Source: Candidatus Methanomethylophilaceae archaeon
Lineage (GTDB): Archaea; Thermoplasmatota; Thermoplasmata; Methanomassiliicoccales; Methanomethylophilaceae
Reading direction: 5' to 3'
Length of the DNA stretch: 64,000 nucleotides
Assembly (NCBI GenBank): GCA_050950505.1
Contig: JBMNHS010000002.1
Span: 90,007-154,006 of the forward strand
Position numbers and translations under genes: made by a program. Numbering within the stretch: the stretch's first letter is position 1; every line of letters begins with the position of its first letter. The notes beneath the pieces are model-generated. The model did no database searches. It worked only from the letters and a program-made list of their open reading frames with translations, and was not told the DNA's origin. This document shows positions 20,497 to 30,398 of the stretch, piece after piece.

Positions 20497-21339
20497 ATGA
20501 ACGACGAAAAAGCTCTTTCCGACATAAAGAACGTCATTGCCGCCGGACAGTTGGATACCGCCGAGGTTCTGTTAATGAACCGAGCGTCTTCCGCGGAAGA
20601 TCCCTTGGTAAAAATTCAGTGCGCGTCCATACTGCTGGTGATCGGACGGAGCGAAACCTCCGACGAAGTCCTCGAGGAGCTTTACGATGAGGTTTACGGC
20701 GAAGCCGATATGTTTCCGGTGGCTCAGGCCATGAGAGGTCTGGGAAGAGGGGATCTGGCCCTTGGTCTGCTGGAAGGTTCGGAGGAAAGTGACGACGTTC
20801 TGAGAGAAAAAGCAATGTCGTTCAACATGACCGGCCGTTTCGAAGAGGCCATCGAAAACCTGGAGAAGATTTCGGCAATGACCGCGGACGATTCCGTGCT
20901 GTTTCTCGAATCCCTCGGTTCCCTCGGCAAACACGGCGAGGCTCTGAAACTTTCGGAGAAACTTTCCGAAGAGTTTCCGGACAATTACAATGTGTTGCGC
21001 TCCCGGGGCGGGGCGCTGATCGCCGCCGGCGAAGAGAAGGAAGCCCTCAAGTATGCCAGAAAGCTGATGAAAGCAAACAAAAATTCTGCCGACGCCAACG
21101 CCGTGGGCGCATACGTGATGTACGTCATCGGCAACACAAAGCCCGCCGGGGCATTTTCCTCCAAAGCACTGAGAACGGATCCGACCCATGTCGGCGCAAT
21201 GGAAATTCTCGCACTGAGTCTGGTGGACAGAGGGGAGTTCAAGAAAGCCAGCATAGTCGCCGGGGCCATGAACGAAAAGGAACCCGGAAATCCCGCCGCA
21301 GTGAGGATACTGAGACTGTGCGGCGGCAAATTCTCCTGA
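20497..21339 (+). CDS. TPR-repeat protein (start inferred)
   Basis: Helical repeats such as GRFEEAIENLEK, GKHGEALKL, ALRTDPTH. Confidence 0.8.
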   Translation: MNDEKALSDIKNVIAAGQLDTAEVLLMNRASSAEDPLVKIQCASILLVIGRSETSDEVLEELYDEVYGEADMFPVAQAMRGLGRGDLALGLLEGSEESDDVLREKAMSFNMTGRFEEAIENLEKISAMTADDSVLFLESLGSLGKHGEALKLSEKLSEEFPDNYNVLRSRGGALIAAGEEKEALKYARKLMKANKNSADANAVGAYVMYVIGNTKPAGAFSSKALRTDPTHVGAMEILALSLVDRGEFKKASIVAGAMNEKEPGNPAAVRILRLCGGKFS

Positions 21340-21405
21340 TATCTTCTTGACGGAACGGTCGTCTCAATAGTTCAATATAAATCGGGGAAGTCTGATTAAG
21401 GCGGC

Positions 21406-22656
21406 ATGTGGAAGCAGGTAAGTGAGGATTTCTGGGCCGAGAACCGTTCCTCCAAAGTTGGGGACGTGGAAAAATCCGTCACCGAAATCATTGAAAAAGT
21501 CCGTAAAGAGGGAGACGCCGCATTATTCGAACTGACAAAGAAGTTTGACGGAACGGATCTGAAGCTTCTCGAAGTGACCCGTGAAGAAATCGAAGACGCC
21601 TACGATACGGTGGACCCCGTATTGGTCGAAGAACTCGAAAACGCGGCCTACAACATTCAACGCTTCCATGAAATGCAGGTTCCTCCGGATCTTTGGATCC
21701 GGGAGGTCGAACCGGGAGTAACGCTGGGCGTGAAAAGCACACCGCTGGACACCGTCGGCTGTTATGTTCCCGGGGGAAGGGCTTCCTATCCCAGCACGGC
21801 ACTGATGTGTGTCATTCCCGCAAGAGTCGCGGGAGTGGGGGAAGTCATATGCTGCACCCCCGCACCCGTCAATCCCGTGACCTTGGTCGCCATGGACATC
21901 GCCGGGGCGGACACGATATTCAAAATAGGCGGGGCTCAGGCCGTCGCCGCCATGGCTTTGGGCACCGAAAGCGTCCCAAAAGTTCAGAAAATCGTCGGTC
22001 CGGGAAACGTTTACGTCACTTCGGCGAAAATGCTTCTGAGGAACGAAGTGGAAATCGATTTCCCCGCGGGGCCCAGCGAAATAGGGGTGCTTGCCGATTC
22101 TTCCGCCGATGCAAGGTATCTTGCGGCGGATCTCATCGCCCAGGCCGAGCACGACCCTTCCGCCGCCAGCATCATGATTACCGACGACCCGGATCTTCCC
22201 GACGAAGTCTGGGAACACATGGAAAGCATGATTGAAAACCAACCCCGGAAGGAAATCATTCTGAAAGCTTTGGACAATTCAGGATACATAGTCGCCACCG
22301 ACATGGAGCTTGCCTCCGAGATAATGGACCGCATAGCGCCGGAACACCTTTCGATTCAGACGTCAAATCCCATGGATATGCTGAACCGGGTGAAAAACGC
22401 CGGTTCGATTTTCATAGGTCCGTACACCCCTGTGGCGGCCGGAGATTACGCTTCGGGAACCAATCACGTTCTTCCCACCGCCGGTCACTCCTCAACAGCA
22501 TCGGGACTCAATGTGGCCCACTTCAGAAAAACCTCCACGGTGCAGATGCTGACCCCGGAAGGACTGGACGCGTTGGCCCCCACCATCAAGACCATCGCCG
22601 AAGCCGAAGGACTCATTGCGCACAGCCACTCCGTGGACGTACGTTTTGAAGAGTAA
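21406..22656 (+). CDS. hisD: Histidinol dehydrogenase
   Basis: YVPGGRASYPST, IGGAQAVAA, VGPGN, AGPSE, QAEHD, APEHL, GDYASGTNHVLPT. Confidence 0.97.
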   Translation: MWKQVSEDFWAENRSSKVGDVEKSVTEIIEKVRKEGDAALFELTKKFDGTDLKLLEVTREEIEDAYDTVDPVLVEELENAAYNIQRFHEMQVPPDLWIREVEPGVTLGVKSTPLDTVGCYVPGGRASYPSTALMCVIPARVAGVGEVICCTPAPVNPVTLVAMDIAGADTIFKIGGAQAVAAMALGTESVPKVQKIVGPGNVYVTSAKMLLRNEVEIDFPAGPSEIGVLADSSADARYLAADLIAQAEHDPSAASIMITDDPDLPDEVWEHMESMIENQPRKEIILKALDNSGYIVATDMELASEIMDRIAPEHLSIQTSNPMDMLNRVKNAGSIFIGPYTPVAAGDYASGTNHVLPTAGHSSTASGLNVAHFRKTSTVQMLTPEGLDALAPTIKTIAEAEGLIAHSHSVDVRFEE

Positions 22657-22817
22657 CCGAACGGAAAAGTCTGCGCCGATCGGAAACAGCCGAAAAAAGA
22701 CAATCTTTCGCGACGGCCGGTAATGTAATTTTCAGACGTTGAACGCTGTAACGTTGCGATGTCGGTCGAAGATGTTCGGCAGAATCATTAAATTAAAGTA
22801 AAGTATCCTCACCATTA

Positions 22818-22864
22818 CAAAAGCAGGATATCCCTTGCATGGACATCTGTCCTTATCCCGCTTT
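22818..22864 (-). terminator. Hairpin followed by a T run right after the larE stop
   Basis: AAAGCAGGATA / TATCCCGCTTT arms (10/11) with an inner GGACA-TC-TGTCC stem. Confidence 0.5.
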
Positions 22865-23627
22865 AAAAATCTTTATATCCTTCGGGATCAACCCTGAAGG
22901 ATAACCTTTTTTCTTTCAGTTCCGACATCAATACGGGCAGTTTTTCAGTTACTTTTTCAATATCTTCGGGATAAGTCTGAATCACTCCGCGGTCCCCGCG
23001 GTGTCTGAATCTTACCTGGGAAATTCCCGTCACTTTCCGTATCGTCTCTTCGATTTCTTCTATGTCCTTCAGCAACCCGTCGGCAAGAACAACATCTTCG
23101 GGAATTCTGGTGGCCAGACATGTTTCTTTTATCATGCCTTCGGACCAGGATTTCGAAGTCACGAAGTCCAAAATTTCCTTCCTTGTTATTTTCAGTTCCT
23201 CAAGGGGACTCATCACGCCGGCTTCCGAAGCGGCAAGTTTTCCGGGTCTGCCGGCCTTAAGATCGTCATAATTGTCGCCGCAGATGACATTGTTCATTTC
23301 CAAATCCTCGGCGACGGACCGCACCTCTCTGTAAATTGCTTTTTTGCAGTGGTAACATCTCATGCCGTCGTTGAGTTTCATATCCCCCAAAGTTTTCCAG
23401 TCCAATTCGACGACCGCAAGGGGAATCCCTATCGCGCCGGCAATCCGTACCGCTTCCGATTTCTGTCTGTCGCTTGTGACGGGCAGGTCAACAAACACGG
23501 CGCAAACCCGTTCCAAGGACCGGGCGCAGGCTTCGGCGAGGTAGGAACTGTCGAATCCGCCGGAAAACGCCAACACCGCGGATTCTTTTTCCTTCAATGT
23601 TTCGCAAACCCTCTCGAAACCAATCAT
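22863..23627 (-). CDS. larE: LarE-like ATP-dependent sulfur transferase (PP-loop)
   Basis: AFSGGFDS, RCYHCK, NYDDL..RPG, SPL, CLATRIP; start inferred. Confidence 0.82.
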   Translation of the reverse strand: MIGFERVCETLKEKESAVLAFSGGFDSSYLAEACARSLERVCAVFVDLPVTSDRQKSEAVRIAGAIGIPLAVVELDWKTLGDMKLNDGMRCYHCKKAIYREVRSVAEDLEMNNVICGDNYDDLKAGRPGKLAASEAGVMSPLEELKITRKEILDFVTSKSWSEGMIKETCLATRIPEDVVLADGLLKDIEEIEETIRKVTGISQVRFRHRGDRGVIQTYPEDIEKVTEKLPVLMSELKEKRLSFRVDPEGYKDF

Positions 23628-23678
23628 ACAATCGGGATTTCCGCGAATGTCTTTAATCCTTATCATTATACACAGGCT

Positions 23679-24425
23679 ATGGACGTGAGAGAGGTCCTTG
23701 AACTGTACAGGGAGGGAAAAATCAGCGGGGAAGAAGCCGAGAAGGCACTCCGCACCGATTACATCGAAACCATCGGCAACGAGGTAAACATGGACCTCGG
23801 CAGACAGGCCAGGAAAGGAGTTCCGGAAGTGGTGTACGCCAGAACCAAAACTCCCGGAACCGTGGAAAAGATTCTCCGTTCCTCCGCAGGCAGGGTGTTG
23901 GTGTCCGGGGCAAAGGAAGAGCATTGCGAAGCCGTAAAAGACATCGAAGGCATAGAATTCTTCAAAGAATACGGATGCATCGTTCTGGGAGGATTCCCGG
24001 AAGAAAAATACGGCGCGATAGCGGTAATCACCGCGGGAACTTCCGACATACCGGTGGCCGGCGAGGCAATGCTCATGTCAAGAATGATGGGATGCCGATG
24101 CATCGAATATTTTGACATCGGCGTTTCCGGCATTCACAGACTGATCGAGCCGATGAAAGAGACAATCCGCGAAGACGTGGCCGCAATAGTGGCCGTCGCG
24201 GGGATGGAAGGGGCGTTGCCGACGCTGATATCTTCTTTGTCTCCCGTCCCGGTGATAGGCGTACCCACTTCCACGGGTTACGGATTCGGCGGTGACGGAA
24301 CCGCCGCACTGATGGGCATGCTTCAGTCCTGTTCTCCGGGCCTGAGCGTGGTAAACATCGACAACGGAATAGGGGCCGGCGCGGTGGCGGCAATGATTTC
24401 CAGGGGAAGGTCAAACAAAAAATGA
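23679..24425 (+). CDS. larB: Nickel-pincer cofactor biosynthesis protein LarB (PurE-like)
   Basis: AGTSDIPVA, AGMEGALP, VPTSTGYG, SCSPGLSVVNIDNG. Confidence 0.92.
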   Translation: MDVREVLELYREGKISGEEAEKALRTDYIETIGNEVNMDLGRQARKGVPEVVYARTKTPGTVEKILRSSAGRVLVSGAKEEHCEAVKDIEGIEFFKEYGCIVLGGFPEEKYGAIAVITAGTSDIPVAGEAMLMSRMMGCRCIEYFDIGVSGIHRLIEPMKETIREDVAAIVAVAGMEGALPTLISSLSPVPVIGVPTSTGYGFGGDGTAALMGMLQSCSPGLSVVNIDNGIGAGAVAAMISRGRSNKK

Positions 24426-25690
24426 GTCAACGGACGTTTGTCAATGCGGTAACCGAAGACCCGGAAATCAAATCGGGATTGTGTTCGATATGCAAAGGAT
24501 CCCGGAGGCTCTGCGGCAAAACCAGATGTCCTCTGATGATCAAATTCTACTCACATCAGAAAACGATGCCGTTGATCGACACGAAGGATTTGGCCGGTTC
24601 AACGCCCCCATCCGTTTTCGTCGGACGTTACGGTTATCCGAAAGTCGACGTCGGTCCTCTCATTCCCCCTCAGTTCGGGGATACTTCAGAGATGGACAAA
24701 CCTGAAATGTGGATGGGGAAAACCATAGACGACATTGTGGATTTCAGATTCAGACTAGTCAGGGGCAAAGTAAGGATCAACGCTTATGATTTCGCATCCG
24801 CGGGCAGAGTCGTAGACGACATCCAGGAAATAGCCCTGACCGAACGTCCTCTGGACATAGAAGCCAAATTCTCAAGCAAGCCGAAAGGAAGACTGATTCT
24901 TGACGATGAGGTTCAGCCCTTCGGGCCTTCGGCAAGGATGACTTCCATGAAGAAGGACGCGGGGAAGTTCGAAAGAAATCTTGAAAAAAGTTTTTACGAC
25001 ACCGACATGAACGCCACCGACGCGGTCATCGCCGCCTACCGCAACGGAACGTTGATTTCCGAAATTGAAAAAGCATTTTCCGTTGGGACAATGGGTGTCG
25101 GGAAAAGAAGGAGATTCGTACCCACGAGATGGTCAATCACCGCGGTGGACGACATCATTGGCAAAGATTTGCTGAACCGCACAAAACATTTCGAAACCAT
25201 TGACGAGTACAGAATATACGAATGGGAACAGTTGGACAACAGATGGTGCATTCTGATGATGCCCTGCACATGGAGATACGAACTCATCGAAGCATGGTAT
25301 CCCAACACCACCTGGAATCCCACCGGACGGGAGATCGATATAATCAGCGACCATGAATTTTTCGACGGCCGCAAAGAGTACGCCAAGATCGGCGGATGCT
25401 ATTACGCCGCCAGGATGGCGGTCAATGAGAAACTGATCGAAGAAAGCCGTACCGCCGGCGTTGTGATATTCAGGGAAGCCCACCCCGGTTACGTCATGCC
25501 GGTCGGAGTATGGAACGTACGTGAAAACGTCAGAGCGGCTCTGAAAACCAAACCTTTCGAATACGACACGCTGAACAAAGCCATGGATCATGTGGACCGG
25601 GTGATGGAAATACCGAAAAACACCTGGATCCGGGAATCCGGAATATTGACCGACTGGCACACCCAAAGGAGGATTGAGGATTATTACTAA
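24422..25690 (+). CDS. nreA: Nre family archaeal DNA repair protein
   Basis: CSICKG..LCGKTRCP, PPSVFVGRYGYPKV, VPTRWSITAVD, GGCYYA, PVGVWNVRE; C-terminal PIP box QRRIEDYY. Confidence 0.93.
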   Translation: MSQRTFVNAVTEDPEIKSGLCSICKGSRRLCGKTRCPLMIKFYSHQKTMPLIDTKDLAGSTPPSVFVGRYGYPKVDVGPLIPPQFGDTSEMDKPEMWMGKTIDDIVDFRFRLVRGKVRINAYDFASAGRVVDDIQEIALTERPLDIEAKFSSKPKGRLILDDEVQPFGPSARMTSMKKDAGKFERNLEKSFYDTDMNATDAVIAAYRNGTLISEIEKAFSVGTMGVGKRRRFVPTRWSITAVDDIIGKDLLNRTKHFETIDEYRIYEWEQLDNRWCILMMPCTWRYELIEAWYPNTTWNPTGREIDIISDHEFFDGRKEYAKIGGCYYAARMAVNEKLIEESRTAGVVIFREAHPGYVMPVGVWNVRENVRAALKTKPFEYDTLNKAMDHVDRVMEIPKNTWIRESGILTDWHTQRRIEDYY

Positions 25691-26459
25691 TCTTCTGGAT
25701 TTCACTTCCGATGAAGACTGGGACGGCATTTATGAAACCGTGAAATGCAAACGCGCGTTATCGCCGTCAAAGCTTCCCGAAATGGATTACGCCCTGAATC
25801 CTTACGGGGGCTGCGAGCACGGATGCGTTTATTGTTACGCCCCGGAAGTGACCCATACGGATTGGAAGGGATGGCGGATAGTACGGGTGAAAATCAACAT
25901 CGCCGACCGATTGGCGAAAGAACTGACAAACGTGCGGGGGGTGGTGGGCATCGGCACTGTCACGGATCCGTACCAATACGCCGAGAAAAGATTCATGCTG
26001 ACCCGTCAGTGTCTCGAAGTTCTGAAAAACAAAGGAACCAAGATTCATATTCACACCAAGTCGGATCTGATTCTGAGGGACCGGGATCTGATTTCATCCA
26101 TGGAAAGCGAAGTCGGAATCACTCTCACCACTCTTGACGACAGGATTTCATGCATCACCGAACCCGGTGCGCCCTTGCCCGCGAGAAGGCTGAATGCACT
26201 GAAGGAACTCACTGATGCGGGAATCGGCACTTATGCTCTCGTAGGCCCGGTTCTGAACACTTTGGAAGGCAAAGAAGAGGATTTCGTGAATGCGATCGTC
26301 TCCGCCGGTACGAAGCGTATGAGCCTTGACAGACTCAATCTCCGTCCGAAAATGACCGAAAGGCTCAGTCGGATGGGCATCAAAGGTTCAGACAGGGCGC
26401 TGGAGAAAATACGGAAACTTTCCGAAGATGCGGGTTTGGAAGTTTCCGACGTGTTCTGA
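25674..26459 (+). CDS. Radical SAM protein, spore photoproduct lyase-like; start uncertain
   Basis: NPYGGCEHGCVYCYA, TDPYQ, TKS.LILRD, EPGA. Confidence 0.88.
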   Translation: MRIITNLLDFTSDEDWDGIYETVKCKRALSPSKLPEMDYALNPYGGCEHGCVYCYAPEVTHTDWKGWRIVRVKINIADRLAKELTNVRGVVGIGTVTDPYQYAEKRFMLTRQCLEVLKNKGTKIHIHTKSDLILRDRDLISSMESEVGITLTTLDDRISCITEPGAPLPARRLNALKELTDAGIGTYALVGPVLNTLEGKEEDFVNAIVSAGTKRMSLDRLNLRPKMTERLSRMGIKGSDRALEKIRKLSEDAGLEVSDVF

Positions 26460-26494
26460 CGCGTTACCGACTCTTTCCGGAAATTTCAAAACGT

Positions 26495-27013
26495 TCATTC
26501 GCGGCGGAACCAAAGAAATCTGTTCCACTCGAAAGCCAAAGAATAAAGGGTGAAAGACAGGGAAAGAATCAACAGAACGGCAAGACCGGTGTGGTATGCA
26601 GATCCCGCATTGCAGTATATTGTGGCTCTGACGTAAAGGGCATACCAAAGAATGTAGGCACCCAATCCCGCAAGGAAATAAGTTTTTCTGGTATGTATTT
26701 CACGCTTTCTGTATTTGTGTCCGTGGATTATGTACCATCCGCCGAGGAAATAGCTGAACGCAAGAGCCAAAAAAGGCTTCAGGGGATAAGGCCATTTGCT
26801 CATAAAGAAGAGAAAGTAGACTGTGGACAGTATGGACATACCTATGCCTGTGTAAACAAACCAATCGCCGTCGATGGAGTCACAATCGGCTTTGTACCTT
26901 CTCATGGTTTTCCATATTTTGTGTGAAGATATATATCCTTGACCGATAAAACAATCCTTTTTTATGCCGGGAAGCGGAAAGAAAGCCGAATCGATTCCGT
27001 AATTTTGAAACAT
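26495..27013 (-). CDS. Hypothetical membrane protein (about 4 TM)
   Basis: Hydrophobic segments, fills the intergenic gap; start uncertain. Confidence 0.55.
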   Translation of the reverse strand: MFQNYGIDSAFFPLPGIKKDCFIGQGYISSHKIWKTMRRYKADCDSIDGDWFVYTGIGMSILSTVYFLFFMSKWPYPLKPFLALAFSYFLGGWYIIHGHKYRKREIHTRKTYFLAGLGAYILWYALYVRATIYCNAGSAYHTGLAVLLILSLSFTLYSLAFEWNRFLWFRRE

Positions 27014-27092
27014 TATACATAATGGTTTTATAGACGGCTATTGTCAATTAATTCCGCCGTCATCAGACTCGACGGATTTTGAAAGAAGGCGT

Positions 27093-27701
27093 ATGATGAA
27101 ACGAAACGGTTTGGTAATTGTCAGCATGGCAATCGTACTTTCCATGACGGCTCTGCCGATCGCTATGGGTTACGCCTCAAGTTCCGTATCAATCGGAGAA
27201 AACAGGGTAAATCTCGAGGAAGAAATTTCGGGAGGCATAGTGATACCTCCGGACGATCCCAAATTGGATATAAAAACGGATGAAATCGGCGGACATCCCG
27301 GGTTCTGGATTTACAACCCCGACACTTCAAATGATTATCTGTTGGGCACCACCACAACGAAAACCTTCGATGTGGATCTTCCCGCAAACAGAAAGTTTGT
27401 GATATTGGCGGAAAGGCCCGATTTACTTATTGCGACGACTTATCTGAAATTCACCATAACTTTCGCAGGCGACGAAACCTGGACTTATTACGCTGATAAC
27501 AAAGACGCATCCGGTTCAAAAGATTCCCGGGGCATTGTCTATTATTCCGCCGGATCCGACGAATACCTGAACGGTTCACGGTTGATTCCCCAAAGCAGCA
27601 TCACCGGTTTGGAATTCATGGAATTCGACCGTGACATCGTCCTTACCGTGGATTCGTACAGAGGATTGTCCACGCTGCGTCTGGCCATTATCTTTGAATG
27701 A
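27093..27701 (+). CDS. Hypothetical secreted beta-rich protein, paralog of 58976-59569
   Basis: Signal peptide; shared N-terminal and internal motifs. Confidence 0.7.
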   Translation: MMKRNGLVIVSMAIVLSMTALPIAMGYASSSVSIGENRVNLEEEISGGIVIPPDDPKLDIKTDEIGGHPGFWIYNPDTSNDYLLGTTTTKTFDVDLPANRKFVILAERPDLLIATTYLKFTITFAGDETWTYYADNKDASGSKDSRGIVYYSAGSDEYLNGSRLIPQSSITGLEFMEFDRDIVLTVDSYRGLSTLRLAIIFE

Positions 27702-27838
27702 AAATCATTCTGTTGCGTCCGCGCCGCGAAAACCTTTTCAAAAATAATCCGCAGTTGGGTTTTTTCTTTTGGATATATTACTAATGTTTATATAGAAGAA
27801 CAAAATTACTGATACCTAATACAAACGGAGGATACACT

Positions 27839-29455
27839 ATGTATGGATCTGGAAATCAACCCATTATCGTGCTGAAAGAAGGCACGGAAAGAAGCAAAGA
27901 CAAAGAAGCACAGTTCAACAACATCGCCGCGGCGAAAGCGGTTGCCGATGCGGTAAGGTCCACCCTCGGACCCAAAGGCATGGACAAGATGATGGTCAAC
28001 CCCATCGGTGACGTTGTGATCACCAACGACGGCGTGACCATTCTGAAAGAAGTCGACGTACAGCACCCCGCGGCAAAAATGGTCGTGGAAGTGGCCAAGA
28101 CACAGGATTCCGAATGCGGGGACGGTACCACAACCTCTGTGGTCATCGCCGGAGAATTGCTCAAACAGGCCGAAGAGCTCATTGATGCAAACGTTCATTC
28201 CACCGTCATTACCAACGGTTTCAGGCTTGCCGCGGAAAAAGCCGAGGAAATCCTCAACGAAATCGCAGTCCCCGTGAAGGATGACAAGCTCCTGGAGAAA
28301 GTCGCCGCCACCGCACTCACCGGCAAATCCGTCGGCGATCAGGAAGAAAAACTTTCCGAACTCGTCGTGAAAGCCTGCAGATCCATCGAAGAAGACGGAA
28401 AAGTAGAAGTCGAAGACATCCGCATTCAGAAGAAAGTCGGTGAATCCATCAGCGACTCCAGCATCATCAACGGAATAGTCATCGACAAAGAACGCGTCCA
28501 CCCCCGCATGCCCAAGAAGGTCGAGGGAGCAAAAATCGCTTTGTTCTCCGCACCTCTTGAAGTCAAGAAAACGGAATTCGACGCACAGATTCAGATTACC
28601 GATCCCACAAAGATGAACGCCTTCCTTGAAGAAGAGGAGAACAGCCTCAAACTCATGGTTGAGAACATCAAGAAGTCCGGCGCAAACGTCGTTTTCTCCC
28701 AGAAGGGAATCGACGAGCTCGCACAGCACTATCTTTCCAAAGCGGGAATCTTCGCTTGCAGAAGGCTCAAGCAGAGCGACCTCGAAGCGATTGCCAAGGC
28801 AACCGGCGGAAACGTTGTCGGAAACGTCAATGAAATCACCGAGAAAGACCTGGGAACCGCAGGCACGGTTGAAGAGAAACTCGTCGGAGAAGACGGAATG
28901 GTATTCATCACCGACTGCAAGGACTCCAAAGTCGTCACTCTCTTCGCCCGCGGCGGAACCGAGCATGTGATCGAAGAAGTCAAGAGAGCCATCAACGACG
29001 CGATACGCGTTGTCGCCGTGGCAATCGAAGACGGCAAAATCGTTGCGGGCGCAGGTGCCCCCGAAATCGAAGTCGGCATCAGATTGGCAGCCTACGCAAC
29101 CAGCGTCGGAGGCAGAGAACAGCTCGCCATCGAGAAGTTCGCCAAGGCCATGGAAATCATCCCCTGGACTCTTGCCGAAAACGCGGGAATCGATCCGATC
29201 AACACCATCATCAACCTTAAGAAGGCACACAAGGACCACAAGGACGGAGCCCTTTACGGCATCAACCTTGATACCGGGGAAGCCATCAACGTTCTTGATA
29301 TCAACGTTGTCGAACCCCTCAGGGTCAAGGTGCAGGCAATAAACTCTGCCTATGAAGTCGCCAACATGATTCTCAGAATCGACGACGTCATCACCGCCCG
29401 CAGGTCTGCCCCGCCCCAAGGAGCACCCGGCGGAATGCCTCCGGGAATGATGTAA
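27839..29455 (+). CDS. Thermosome (group II chaperonin) subunit
   Basis: [47 protein letters not shown] tail; GGAGG RBS. Confidence 0.98.
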   Translation: MYGSGNQPIIVLKEGTERSKDKEAQFNNIAAAKAVADAVRSTLGPKGMDKMMVNPIGDVVITNDGVTILKEVDVQHPAAKMVVEVAKTQDSECGDGTTTSVVIAGELLKQAEELIDANVHSTVITNGFRLAAEKAEEILNEIAVPVKDDKLLEKVAATALTGKSVGDQEEKLSELVVKACRSIEEDGKVEVEDIRIQKKVGESISDSSIINGIVIDKERVHPRMPKKVEGAKIALFSAPLEVKKTEFDAQIQITDPTKMNAFLEEEENSLKLMVENIKKSGANVVFSQKGIDELAQHYLSKAGIFACRRLKQSDLEAIAKATGGNVVGNVNEITEKDLGTAGTVEEKLVGEDGMVFITDCKDSKVVTLFARGGTEHVIEEVKRAINDAIRVVAVAIEDGKIVAGAGAPEIEVGIRLAAYATSVGGREQLAIEKFAKAMEIIPWTLAENAGIDPINTIINLKKAHKDHKDGALYGINLDTGEAINVLDINVVEPLRVKVQAINSAYEVANMILRIDDVITARRSAPPQGAPGGMPPGMM

Positions 29456-29469
29456 GGCAAACAAACCAA

Positions 29470-29500
29470 GGAGGGGCGTCCTCCCCTCCGTTTCTCCTTT
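29470..29500 (+). terminator. Hairpin terminator after thermosome
   Basis: GGAGGGG-CGTCCT-CCCCTCC followed by a pyrimidine run. Confidence 0.65.
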
Positions 29501-29627
29501 AAACCGCTTTCCGATTTTTCTTCCGTTTATCCCGTATTTCCGGATAATCGCAGGTATCCGAGCCGGATTTTCCGAATCTGCAATTATTAAATAATCCTCC
29601 CGTGAATATGATTCACGATGGAATCAG

Positions 29628-30398
29628 ATGCACGCTGCGCTGTACTCTAGGGTATCGACTGAAGATCAGGCCCGCGAAGGGTTCTCTCTCGATGCTCAGA
29701 TGAAACGGCTGGAAGCATATTGCAAAGTCCGCGGTTGGGAAATCGGGGGACGGTACAGGGACGAAGGATATTCCGGAAGGGACACGGATCGTCCGGAATA
29801 CAGAAGGATGTTCGAAGAGTCCGACAAATGGGACATTCTTCTCGTTCTGAAAATGGATCGTATCCACAGGAACAGTGTGAACTTTGCACTTATGATGGAC
29901 GATCTCCGGAACAAAGGAAAAGAGTTCAATTCCATTCAGGAGAAGTTCGACACTACCACGGCCATGGGAAGATTTGTGATGGATATAATGCAACGAATCG
30001 CCCAGCTGGAAAGTGAACAGATCGGCGAACGGGTAAAAGTGGGAATGACCCGCAAAGCAAGATACGGAACGGGTCCCTTGGGATCCGGTCATCCTTACGG
30101 TTATGTTTATTCGAAAGGAAATCTGGAAGTCATAGAAGACGAGGCCTACACCGTGAAACGCATATACCGCATGTATGCCGACGGCAATTCCATGGGGAAA
30201 ATCGCGGACAGATTGAACGATGACGGAATTCCGGCGAAGAAAGGCGGCAGTTGGAACAGACAGTCCGTCCACAATATCCTGAGGAACCCTTTGTACCTGG
30301 GATACATAGAATGGGACGGAATAACCAGAAAGGGAGACCATTCTCCCATACTGGACAGAAAATCTTATGAGGTGGTGAATGGACCTTTCGAACCCTGA
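29628..30398 (+). CDS. Serine recombinase (resolvase plus recombinase domain), copy A
   Basis: YSRVSTEDQ, DEGYSG, RPEY, KMDRIHRN, AQLESEQIGER, PYGY, ILRNPLYLG. Confidence 0.93.
   Translation: MHAALYSRVSTEDQAREGFSLDAQMKRLEAYCKVRGWEIGGRYRDEGYSGRDTDRPEYRRMFEESDKWDILLVLKMDRIHRNSVNFALMMDDLRNKGKEFNSIQEKFDTTTAMGRFVMDIMQRIAQLESEQIGERVKVGMTRKARYGTGPLGSGHPYGYVYSKGNLEVIEDEAYTVKRIYRMYADGNSMGKIADRLNDDGIPAKKGGSWNRQSVHNILRNPLYLGYIEWDGITRKGDHSPILDRKSYEVVNGPFEP

Noticed and set aside
22863-24425. Extensive overlap of larE and larB as listed in the ORF track
   Set aside because: Motif-bearing parts start near 23627 and 23679; the extensions are each other's antisense
27806-29464. 552-aa antisense ORF opposite the thermosome
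   Set aside because: Shadow ORF from the biased codon usage of a highly expressed gene; no motifs
29500-29580. Repeated TTCCG-like words as a recombinase res site
   Set aside because: Short, irregularly spaced, and common throughout this sequence
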